Shown piece after piece: positions 38,418 to 50,109 of a DNA stretch of 64,000 nt. Every line of letters begins with the position of its first letter. Positions within the stretch are counted from its first letter, which is position 1. The stretch covers positions 11,656,001 to 11,720,000 of the forward strand of contig OZ059899.1 in assembly GCA_964057225.1 (NCBI GenBank), given 5' to 3'. A program made the position numbers and the translations under genes. The stretch comes from Auanema rhodensis (lineage: Eukaryota > Animalia > Nematoda). Below the pieces are notes generated by a model. It did not search any database and was not told the DNA's origin. It saw nothing but the letters and a program-made list of their open reading frames with translations.

Positions 38418-41322
38418 CTCTCTTTCTCTCTCTATCTCTCTCTATCTCTATATCTCTCCTTCTGTTCTGTTTTGCATCTGCTGCCGATAGCTCCAGGCTC
38501 ACCGTCCAATCTTTTCATTTCTTCCTTATATCACCGTTTGCCTTTTTTAGAATATTCCGTGGTTACAGGCCTCTGATCCACGATTTCAAAGAAATCAAAA
38601 TGATTTCTTTCATCTTGATACACCTTCAGTTGGAACAATCAATAAAATAGTTTTAGGTCATGAACAAAAAGGATATGGTATATATACATATAATTAATAT
38701 AATTAATGAAAATATTATATTAAAGGAGCTGGAATATTCATTGGATATGTGATTGTTACTGAAAACTTATTAGAAGGACGTCAATTCTTCTTTTCTGTGA
38801 ATAAATGGTTTGATAGTGGACAGGTACATTCCCTACAAACAATGCTGTTTGCATTAAAAACTTGAATATAGGTTGATGGAAAGATTGAAAGACCCATACC
38901 TGTAGCAGCTTTTTACTATGTGAATAGTATACCAGATGAAAGTGTTGTTTCACGTATGTCTAAAAAGACATATGACATCATTAGTTAGTTAAAATGATTT
39001 CAGAAGGGAGATGGGAGTTTGTACTTCATAATGGTAATAAGAGTGGTCAAGGTGGAACAACATCTGATATCTTAATCTATGGATATGGTATGGAAGGAAG
39101 CTCAGTTACAAGAGTTGAAAATGATATAACATTGCAAAATATTCCATCAACAACACTTGTTCAAGTAATTATATTAACTATAGGTTTCTATTAAAATAAT
39201 TAATATTTCAGGTTGATTTTGGAGCAATTGGAGATTTGATTAAAGTTCGATTTGAGATAATTCCCGTCGGAGAACAACCAAATTATTTCTTAGAATATGT
39301 TGAATTACGTGATTTAGATACAGAGGAAAGATTAGTTGTTCGGTAAACTTTATGAGAAAATATAATATTATATATAAACGTTTAGAGTAGGAAAATGGCT
39401 GGAAGTTACAAGCGAAAAGAAAAATCCTCAAGCTTTTCGTGAAATTGGAGTTTATAGAGCTGGAGTCGAAGGCTTACATGGTATTTCACAAATATTTTTT
39501 TAAAAATTATCATATTTTTTCTATTTTTAGTTATAAATTATGAAGGAAGAGTTCATGTTGGTGATATGAATTTGCTGGAAAATAATGATCTCTCTGGCCA
39601 GTTAATAGGAACTTTCGATAGCGCAGTATTTCCATTAACTTATAACGAAAATAAAAAAGTAATAGAATATTTAACTTAAATTTTAAAAATATACATAATG
39701 ATTAAGGAATATGTGTTTAAAGTGGAATGTGTGGATTTAGGTCGTGTTTCAAAATTAAAAATAATAGGAAATTTTTCTAAAGAAGGTTAGTTATTGTTAA
39801 GAAATTTTATAAATATGTATATGCTATAGTTTGTATAATTTATATATTTGTAGGAGAAGCTATCATGGAAGGTTTATCAGTTTTACAAGATATATGGGAT
39901 TGCTATGCTCCTGGAATATCAGTAGCTGATCAGGTTAGATCAGTAAGCATGCGAAGATTACGGTATTGAAGCTTTTCAGGTTCTTGCTACTCATGCTTAT
40001 GTTCGAGAATCATCTCATTGTCCATATCGTTATGTACTTAGTCAAGGAAAAGTTGTTGAATTAGATGATACAAAGCCATATTTCAAAACATTAGATTTGA
40101 CAGGTTCAGCATTATTTGCAACTTTAAAACATTATTTTTACAACTTTTAGCAATGGAAGGCTTATCAACAATGTACAAAAAGGATCGTGTACCAGCTGGT
40201 GTTGGATTATGGACCTTAGATGTATCAGTTGAGGTTTAAATATAGCAATTTGTATTTTAAAAAATAAATTTTTCTAGGGAAAAGTTAATAAAACACCAGA
40301 TATATGGTTAGTATCAGGTCATAAAGCTCATTTAATGAAACTGGTTAAAGAAGGTCCAAATGAGTTAACTTTACAAGTTAGTTATATGATATAATTAATT
40401 TATATTTTTATATATTAATTAAGGTTAAATCAAAAGATTTAAAAATTGTTGATAAAGTTCGAATATTTGCTGGTCAATTAGAATCTGATCAAGAACTTGC
40501 AATTCGAAAGGTGAGCCTTCCCTGTTTACGGTATCTGCAATCCCTCTTCCTCTCCCACTCTTCCACGTTCTTCCACTAATTTATATAAATTTTAATATTA
40601 TAGCTTCGTTTATCAAATAGTTTAACTGGACAAGTTGTTCGTTTCCCAAATATTGATACTGAATTCGGATCAAATGATATTTATGAATTCTCAACAGTTT
40701 ATCCAGATGTTTCACCTAAGCCAAGTAATATTTATATTTTATTTTTATATTAATTATACTAATTATACTAATTATATTACATATATTAATTAAAATTATA
40801 GATATTACATTTGAAATAGTTGTTAATACAACAAAATCTACTGGAAGTTTTCTTCCCGTCTTTAATTTATACGGCGAAACTTCGAATTCTGGTGTTCGTC
40901 AATGGGATCCAAAACGAAACATGGAAACTGGGGTATATACCGTTAGCTAACTATATATATATACATATATAGTTATCTACTTTTATGAAAAATAATAATT
41001 TTCAGTTGGAAACATTCGAAATAGATGCTGTTAATCTGGGTGAACTGACAGAATTAGAAATTATAATTTTAGGAGACAAAGTATAAATAATTCTCTTAAC
41101 TATATCATATAATTAAAACATTTTCTAGAAATCACAATGGTATTTCAAGGAAATTTTAATAAAAAATGCGGAAACAATGAAAACATACAGAACGAGTGAA
41201 GGGTAAATACTTTTTAGATCATCCCACCTAAAGCTCTAACATCATTTCATCCTATTTTCAGAACAATTTCCAAAGAAGGTGAAGGAAAACGTTTTCAATT
41301 ACATCAGGTGCTTTCTAATTAA
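30628..41322 (+). CDS. Doublecortin-domain + acidic linker + IQ + multiple PLAT/LH2-domain protein (RP1/LOXHD1-like, probably ciliary)
   Basis: DCX1 AKTVFFYKEGDEYFSGIRVPVSKQRYRTIDSLLDDLNRNIQMPFGVRRLTTPMG; DCX2 KQIFFVLNGK...LLAEVSDGLQVAIFRFYTTDG; IQ AATAIQAAFRGYNTRK; PLAT YTIQINTGNRWGSETEADLHIMLYGDDGTS, FFFCDKWFDSGQVDGKIER, WEFVLHNGNKSGQGGTTSDILIYGYG; TAA at 41320-41322. Confidence 0.88.
32888..32901. promoter_or_regulatory. RFX X-box in intron 2 of the DCX/PLAT gene
   Basis: GTTGCCGGGGTAAC fits GTNRCC-NN-RGYAAC; an isolated GC-rich word in AT-rich sequence. Confidence 0.6.
33865..34064 (+). CDS. Candidate alternative first exon of the DCX/PLAT gene
   Basis: ATG-initiated frame MLLPPISQAC...YPYSKRLQRIYALAIPKYTH(R) ending at AG|GTAAAT. 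Phase 2 matches the exon starting at 34696. GC-box CCGCCCC about 120 nt upstream. Confidence 0.6.
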
Positions 41323-41713
41323 AACAGGTTGTATTATATAAACTATATGTCTTTTGATTATGTTGTCATATTAAACAAATAAAATTATATCATATATTTT
41401 ATTCTGATATCAATGAACGAAGATACAAGAAAATCTATTTTATTATCTTATTATTTCAATCAATAAAAATCTAAATACATAATTAAGTAATTTGTTTATT
41501 TACAAATTCTTAATTAACTTCGAATATTCTTTTTTTCTTTTTTTTTTGTTTAAAGTTCATTGAACTATTTTGAGAAATTGAAATGAAACTAGGTTGTTTG
41601 TTTTTTGATTAAAGTAAGAATATTAAAAAGGAAAAACAAAAATAAAACATTTGGTAAACCGTATTGATGATGATGACGATGTTACATCTCTTCTTAGTAT
41701 CATAGAAATTTCT

Positions 41714-42957
41714 TTATAGAACTCCTGAATAAAGGACAGATGTTTTTCGTATTCCAGCAATTGTTTTCTGAAAATTATAAAATATTAATTATATATTTAT
41801 ATTATAAACATACTTTTATATTATTATTATTATTATTAGTGATGTTATCATCCTTTTTTCGTTTATTTAACTTGAAACGAGATGTAAAATCGCGTTTTCG
41901 AGTTGTTGATAGACAAGCTGCTTCTGCCCAAAGTCGAAATTCAGAAGCTCGTCCACATATGAACATAAGCTCTTGTCCAGTTCGAGATATCATTCGAATA
42001 TCATGGCCACGAACATGAAAACTCTTAATTATATATTTTATTAATTATATTATATAATTAATTATAATTAACCTTAAATTGTTGAATTGTACCATATATC
42101 AATGGACGTTGTTTAATTTCATCTACAACAACCATACTTGAATCCTGAAAATTGTTTATAAAAGATTTTAAAAATAAAAATAAATATACCCTTGTCATTA
42201 TTCGAACTTCTCGTTTTTTTGAAATATCAGTTTTGCGAGGTGATGTGACAAGTTGAGCAAAAAGTCCGGTAGCTAAAGATAAAACATATTAAATCAAAAT
42301 TTATAATAAGCTTAAAGCTCTAAGTTTTAAGCTGTAGAGCTGCATGCTCAAAGATCTGATGATTTACCTCTGGGACGTACACGACTTTCTATCCAAGTAT
42401 TAAATTGATTTAATTGAATAAATGATGAAAAACGAACAGACATTAATCCAGTAGTAAATGAAAAATGAACAATAGGTTTACCAGGTTCTATAATATTTAT
42501 ATTAATTTATATGATATTTAAATATATTTAATATTATTTTACCATATGATATATCCATTAAATTATTTGAATTATGTATTTGATGTTCTCGATGATAATG
42601 TTTGATAAGAAACCAATATGTTGTGTCTATGAGAGATGGACAAACCATCAAATCTCGTATGAAACACTTAAATTTTTAATTTTTTTTACTTCATTTCAAA
42701 AAAAAAAAAGAAAAATCATTACCTTTCGTTCAGATTTCCAAAGAACAGATACTTTATAGGATGAACCACAAGATATTGATTTCATCTTCAAATAAATATA
42801 AAAATAAATAAACAAATAAACAAACAATTACTCTTTTCGGGTTTTTTCCAGCAGCTACACAGAATCGTTTAGCATCTCTGTGATCAAAACCCTCTTTGCT
42901 ATCACTATGCGTCCTTTTTCGTCGAACAACACTCATAACGCTTGATAAAAATTTCAT
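41714..42957 (-). CDS. Uncharacterised ~290-aa protein, 8 exons; possibly tandem PH/PTB-like folds
   Basis: All introns are GT-AG and phase-consistent from MKFLSSVMSVVRRKRT to ...KTSVLYSGVL*. Two beta-rich segments each end in a Trp-containing helix (FIQLNQFNTWIESRV; RASEFRLWAEAAC); the fold is inferred. Confidence 0.75.
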
Positions 42958-44075
42958 TTTCTGAAATAAATAAGATATGAATAAAAATAAAAAGAATAAA
43001 ACTAATTATATAAATAATAATAATAGATAAATAAATATTTTTAATAATAAATTAAATATAAAAATCCCGCTCGTAATTTTTTTTTTTTTTTTGAAATTTG
43101 AACTGTTGATCCCATGGCATGATATATGGAATGGTCTATGATATCCCGCCCACTTGTTTTTTCAAGTTAATTTTAAAAAAAAGAATTATCATTGTATATA
43201 ATATAATAATATAAATATAATATTTTAAGAAAAAAAGGTATTTTTATAAAATTTTAAACCTTTTTGGTTTCGTTTTTGGGATTTTATATCAAAGAAATTG
43301 CTCTAATTTGAATTTCTTGAAGAAGAATTAATAGAAGAAAATGGAGTTATTTCTCTCTTTTTTTTAAAAATAATTATATTTTTGAAAAATATAATAATAT
43401 TATTGATTTTAAGACTAAAAACAGCATTTTCTCTTAGTTTTGAACTTTTTTTGAAAAAAAAAGATCATTTTTCTGATTTAATAATAGAACTTTGTTTGAT
43501 CTCATCGGTTGATGGATAGACTGTTAATTCAATAAATATATGAGGATTTTCTGAATAAAAATCCTCTTAAATTAAAAATTAATAAAATATATTTTTTATT
43601 TTAAAATATATAATTTATATGGATAAGATAAAGCATAGTTATTTCATTTTTCTTAAAGCCACGCAAGGATGACTGACCGGTTTTAATGGTCTCAACCTCT
43701 CTTCTGATCTTTCCTTGTTTGGTTCTGGAGAAGAAGGAGAAGACGCAAGGGGTAACGTCCCATATACGCTTTCAGTCGACTGAAACCCCCCCCCCCACCC
43801 CCTCTTTCTCAACATGATTGAACCTAAAAAGGAAAAGGGAGGTGCGCAAAAACATTTTATAGAGAGTTAGTGGGCTGTTGAAGTTGAAAGTGAGAGAGAG
43901 AGAGAGAGAGAGAGTGGAATGAAGAGACTGAAATATTAGAAAGTTAATGAATAAAGTTATTTATGTGTTGGTATAAGCTTATCTTTACTTCCTTATTTCT
44001 TTTTTTTTCTTTGAAAATTGTTTGTTACGATGTAACAAAGACCTTCATACAACTATATTAAGTTCTGTTTTTTGG

Positions 44076-44314
<239 letters not shown>

Positions 44315-45304
44315 GGTATATTTTCCCTCAAGTCCAATTTTCTTCCTGTTTAATATAACTCAAAAAAGAAATGTTACTTACTTATAATGTTGCTTACTCA
44401 TCGTTTTGATGTTTTTTTGATTCTTTCTTCTTTATCTCTTCTTACGTAACTTCTTTTCTTTGCACATTTTCTTCGCTTTTTATCTAATTCTACTACGAAT
44501 TATTATTAAGTTTATTTAGAAGAAAAATCTACGTAACAAAATATACAAAAAGATGAACGAAAGACCAAATAGAGTCAAAAAATCGGACGAACAACTGCTC
44601 AACAAGATGTAAAGACGATACCGTTGATCAGACCTCACAGTGTCGACGTAGTCTTGAGACGGCACTCCTCATTCGTTTAATTCTCTTCAACGTCCTACGT
44701 TTTCTTCACCTTTTCTCTTTCTCTCTCAATCTACTCAGCCTATCTCTCTTTCTCTCTCAATATCTCTTGACGATCGGCAATGCCTCTCTTTTCATCTAGT
44801 TCTCCCTCTGTGTTGCTTCTTTCTCTTCTAGGCTGTGTGTGCCTCAAAAAACTAGTCCTGTATGTTTGACAATCAGCGCAAATCGATTAATTTCTGCTTC
44901 TGGGCTTAACTACTAACTTGGTCTATCGTTATGAGCGAACGTCGTTCTTACCTTGTCAAGAATCACCATTTGAATTCAATATGATCACAGATCACATTGA
45001 GACGACATGCTGTGATACCAGCTATCGTCCTTAAAGCTCATAATCATTTCAGCTTCTGGATTCCAAAGTTACGAATGCTGTGCCGTAACAATCTCACTGT
45101 ATGCTTATTTCTGTTTTTCGAAAATCATGAAAAATCTTCCTTTTTCATAAAATTTCTTATTTTTACACTGGAAACTTGCATACCAATCGATTATTTTCTT
45201 TTGAACAATCAGTCTATTTGATCGAATCGTCTTCTACCGTCCACAGAGACGATTTCTGTTATCTTCGACCCATGTTCATTACCCCCCCCCTTTCTGTCTC
45301 TCTC

Positions 45305-45347
<43 letters not shown>

Positions 45348-46129
45348 ATGTTTCTTGGAATATCCATTTATATCTCTTTCTTCTTTTCTCACCTCTTCTC
45401 TTTTCTAGTTATGTCTTGTTTCTTTTTTGGATAGTGAAGATAGCCCACGCAAAACCAGATGACCACTAGCTCCAAATCATCATCTCAGTCATCTCCTATC
45501 TGGTTTACGTGCCAACACGATCTCCTATTGATTCATTCATGTACTTGTTGATTCTTCTCACCTCACTATTCCGTAATCCTTCGCAGTTCTGCCTATCGTC
45601 GCTCAACCCCCCCCCCCCCCACCTCGATCCTCTGTCTCGTCGTCGTCCGAGGCTCCTCACCAAATCAGTAATCGTCATCATTATCGCTGTTTCTACGTCA
45701 TCAAACTTTCAATCTCTCTCCCTTTTCTCTTTAAATAAGGATCAATCCAATCTCTTTCTAGTTATGAGTGTATACGTCAATGCATAACCCAATGTTTAAA
45801 ACTCATTTTCCAAAAAAAAACTTTTTTGAATTCATTCAATTGGCTGAATAAATTGTTTTTTCTGTAATTCTTTTTAATTAAATAACTTCTTTACATGACT
45901 ATTCTCTTTTTCTACTACTTGTGACTCATCTAATTTCAATTTACGTTCTTTTTTGCAAGACCTCCTAAGGGTTCTTAAAACTATCGCTTTTCTCGTTTGT
46001 CCTTGATTTTTGGACTAAAATTTTAAAGATTTCACGTGATAATATGTTTTTTTCAATGTTAAGCTTATAAACTCATTCTAATATCAAGTTTCAACTTTAC
46101 AAACTTATTTTCATTTGAAGGGTTTATCA

Positions 46130-49100
46130 ATGTTTGGTGTAGGGCGATCAGATCCACGTATACAGGTTACTTTACAATATGGTAATAATCGTGAAAATAT
46201 AGTTTTGATACGTTCAGATGAACCTGAGGTAAGATTTTTTGAAATATTTTCTGAAATAAATGGTTGAAAATCTAAATTTTAGGTGTTTGAATCGTTATAT
46301 AACCGAGCTAGATCATTGGTTAACCGATATGGTAATCAAAGTTGTGCTGATCTCATAAACATTCATCTTTTTCGTCATAATTATAATTCTCCTATCATGT
46401 TGCAACATATAGCTTCTGTATCACAATTGGTATAATTAATATATTTATAATAATTTATTTATTTATTTATTTATAGGATAATGGATGTGTTATTGAAATA
46501 ATAGTTGCCGATAAGAATGAAGGTCCAACTAAACCACATGTTGTTGAGGTTTTAATGAGAAAAAAATAAGTTTCATCAAGTTTTAATAAAACATTCTTAA
46601 GGGTAATACATACCTCGTTCCAACATTCTGTGATTATTGTGGAGAAATGTTAGCTGGAGTAATTAAACAAGGAGTTCGTTGTTTACATTGTCGGTATGTT
46701 TTATTCATTTTTCTTTATTTTTTTAATAAAATTTAGATTTTTAGATGTAATTTTCATAAAAGATGTTATAATGCTCCAAGAAATAACTGTATATCAACTA
46801 CACCTATCCATTCTACTTCACAAACATCACTTGAAACAGCAAGTAAGCTTCTTTCCTTTCAGTGATTTTCATATAAATTTTTTCAAAATTTCAGCTACAT
46901 CGTCATCAGGTGGTTTACCTCATACATTAGCTGAGCATAATTATAAAAACTTTACTCTTTGTAAAATTTGTAATAATTTACTTGTTGGTATAGTAAAGCA
47001 GGGATTAAAATGTAGAGATTGTGGTGTATGTTATACATATTTTTATAAAATTTTAGTTAAAATAATTATAATTTAAGGTTAATGTTCATAAAAAATGCGC
47101 CAAGGATTTACAAAATAACTGCACATTATCTGATAATTCAATATCAAGAATGAGTATAGCTGAAGTTCCTGGACCTTCGCCAAAGGCAGATGTAATTTTC
47201 TTTTCTTTTTTTTCATAAATTTCGTCTTATTTTTCATTTATTTATTCATTTTTTTCTAGTCAATCGAACAACCAATGGAAGAAGATACAGAAGGAAATGA
47301 TAACATTCCTCTTTTCCGTTTACCAGGTTAGTTTTGGTTATTGCTCTTCATCAATAAGCATCTGAATTCAATATAGGACAAGCATCTTCTCGTGCTACTA
47401 GTCAACCTAAAGTTGAAGGATGGATGATCCATTTTGAACTTTCTGATCCTGAACGTCGTTTAAAGCATTATTGGATATTATCTGATAATTCTATTAATAT
47501 GTATCATGAATATAACGAAGGTTTTATTCATTATTTTGTGTTTAAAGTTCTCAAATTAATTATATTTAGGTGTTGGGGTAAATCCAAATCGACGTTATAA
47601 AATCATTCCTCTTCACGAAATATTAGCCATAACCGAGCATACCGGTCCAGCAATCTTGTCCAAGTATTCTTATAAACTATTCTTATTTTTTTTAAATATT
47701 TTTCATTTAGATTTCCTCCTCATTCATTTGAAATTCGTACAACCTCTAATATTGTGTATTGTATAGGTGAAAATTTATATGCTTATTCTGGAGGAGGACC
47801 TCCCAAGAAAATTCCTCGAAACCTGAGCATACGGCCTCCAAGCAATACTCAGTTGTGGTTCCAAGTCCGATAGCTCTACAAACAAACATATTATCTCAAA
47901 TATTTTATTTTTAGGCTTTGAAAGAAGCATTACAACCTCCAGTTTCATATAATGATCCTCCTAATATGGAGCCAGCATTAGATTTTTCTGCTCTATATCA
48001 GGTAATACTTGTTAGAATATCATCAGTTTTAAGCATTTCTTCATTAGGTATTGAGTGAACGGCCATTAGGATCTGGTCAGTTTGGGACCGTTTACAGTGC
48101 GATTCATCGTAATTCAGGTCAGGAAGTAGCAGTGAAGGTAAGATTCTATTATTTTCTATTTCTAACTACTTAAACTATAATTCAGGTAATATCTAAAGAA
48201 CGTTTTGCTAAAAAAAGCTCCGGTGTTGAATCAATGAGAGCTGAGGTATATAATTATTTAATTTATATAATTTTAAAATAATAATTATACATATTTAAGG
48301 TAGCTATCTTACAACGTACTTGTCATGCTGGAATAGTTCGTCTTGAATTCATGTGTGAAACAAAAGATAAAATTTTTGTAGTAATGGAAAAGCTTAGTGG
48401 AGATATGCTTGAAATGATTTTAAGTCAAGTAAGTATATTCAATATATATAAATATATAATTATAAATAATATTTAGGCTGCTGGTCGTTTGAATGAACGA
48501 ATTACAAAGTTTTTACTTGTTCAAATCTTATCAGCTTTGAAATATTTGCATGATCAAGGAATTGCACACTGTGATTTGAAACCAGAAAATGTACTTTTAT
48601 CAGAAATAAATACAAACTTTCCACAAACAAAAATTTGTGATTTTGGATATGCTAGGTTAGAAATTAAAATTATTATATATATATATGATATTAAAAATAT
48701 TTTAGATTTATTCCTGAAGCTCAATTTCGTAAAACAATTGTTGGAACACCAGCCTATTTACCACCTGAAGTCCTGCAAAAACGAGGTACAAATATGATCT
48801 TTGGATTAATAATCATATAATAATCTTCTTTTTTTTCTTTTAAAGGTTATAATAAATCATTAGATATGTGGTCAGTAGGAGTTATTATTTATGTCACATT
48901 ATCAGGAACATTCCCATTTAATGAAGGAGATGAAGTGAGTTTGTTTTTGTTTATTTCAAATTTTAAAAAATAATTTTCACAGATTGCTGCTCAAATTCAA
49001 AACGCTGATTTTATGTTTCCTTCTGATCCATGGAACGATATTTCACCTCTTGCTATAGATTTAATTCAAAAATTGTTAAGAGTTGAGGTAGATAGTTATC

Positions 49101-49439
49101 ATATCAGAACATTAAAAACAAGAAGAATTGCTTTCTTCATGATAATTATGAATGAAATACATTTTCCATTAAAGTCTATTTGTCGAAAAATGCTCAGTTT
49201 TTCCAATTTTTCAGCTTGATCTACGTTTACCAATTGAGCAATGTTTGGCACACTCTTGGCTTAAAGGTGGTCAGCTCTATATGGATTTAAGAAACTTAGA
49301 ATCTCGGTTGAACTGTACAAGGTATATTACTTAGCTTATTGATTCAAAGACTTTTATAAACTTTTGCAGATACTTGACATCTTCAGCTGATGATGAGATT
49401 TATGCTGATTTTCTTTCTAAACAAGGCCAAATTTCTTAG
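46130..49439 (+). CDS. dkf-1: Protein kinase D (two C1 domains, PH, CAMK-type kinase)
   Basis: [11 protein letters not shown]...CNFHKRC; [21 protein letters not shown]; [10 protein letters not shown]; [13 protein letters not shown]; [30 protein letters not shown] (DKF-1-type activation loop); TAG at 49437-49439. An extra upstream exon is not excluded. Confidence 0.93.
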
Positions 49440-50002
49440 CCTTTGGTTTCAGGGATATCTCGGTTTAATATTTTTCGCCAAGGCTACATTCTCAACGCTT
49501 TAAGTTATTTGCATTTTAATTATTCTTCTTAAAACTAAATGAAGTTCTTAAAGAATAAAAAATACACTTTAATATTATATATATGTATATAACTTAAGTT
49601 GTGTGAGTCTTTTATCAGAGATAGCTTTTTATTTGCCCTATATAAGCAGGTTATTACTTTCTCATTTTATATGTCATGTATATTATGTGATAAATAAATA
49701 TTGATATGTACTTATTTCTCCTCAAAGAAAGTTTTAGTCTTAATTTTAAATTTGGGTTTCATGAACGACCAGTTCAAACTGAAAATGTCACTTAAAAATT
49801 TTAACGTTTATTTGGTTCCTTAACAAGCATGAATGCCGGTTGGTTTTTTAATTTTCATTATCTTGACTCATGTAGTAATAAAATTTTCCATCGTTTCATT
49901 TAAATAGTCCAATTTTATGCTTTCCGTATGAAGAATTAGTTTGATTCCCCCCTCATCAAATTTTAATCAAGTTTTCTGTACGTAATTATGCGTCTGCCCT
50001 TA

Positions 50003-50009
50003 GCGCGAA
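50003..50009 (-). promoter_or_regulatory. E2F-type site TTCGCGC ~100 nt upstream of spdl-1
   Basis: Motif match upstream of a mitotic gene; the motif is short. Confidence 0.4.
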
Positions 50010-50109
50010 TAATATATTTTTAAATAATTATTGGAAAAGCCAATGATTTAAGTTGACTAAATGGAATACTAACATCTTCTAAATTTTATGATAATTTGTA
50101 TAATTTATA

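Noticed and set aside
43686-43751. First coding exon of dkf-1 (MVSTSSDLSLFGSGEEGEDAR)
   Set aside because: The donor is phase 1 but the exon at 46121 needs phase 0, and I found no bridging exon.
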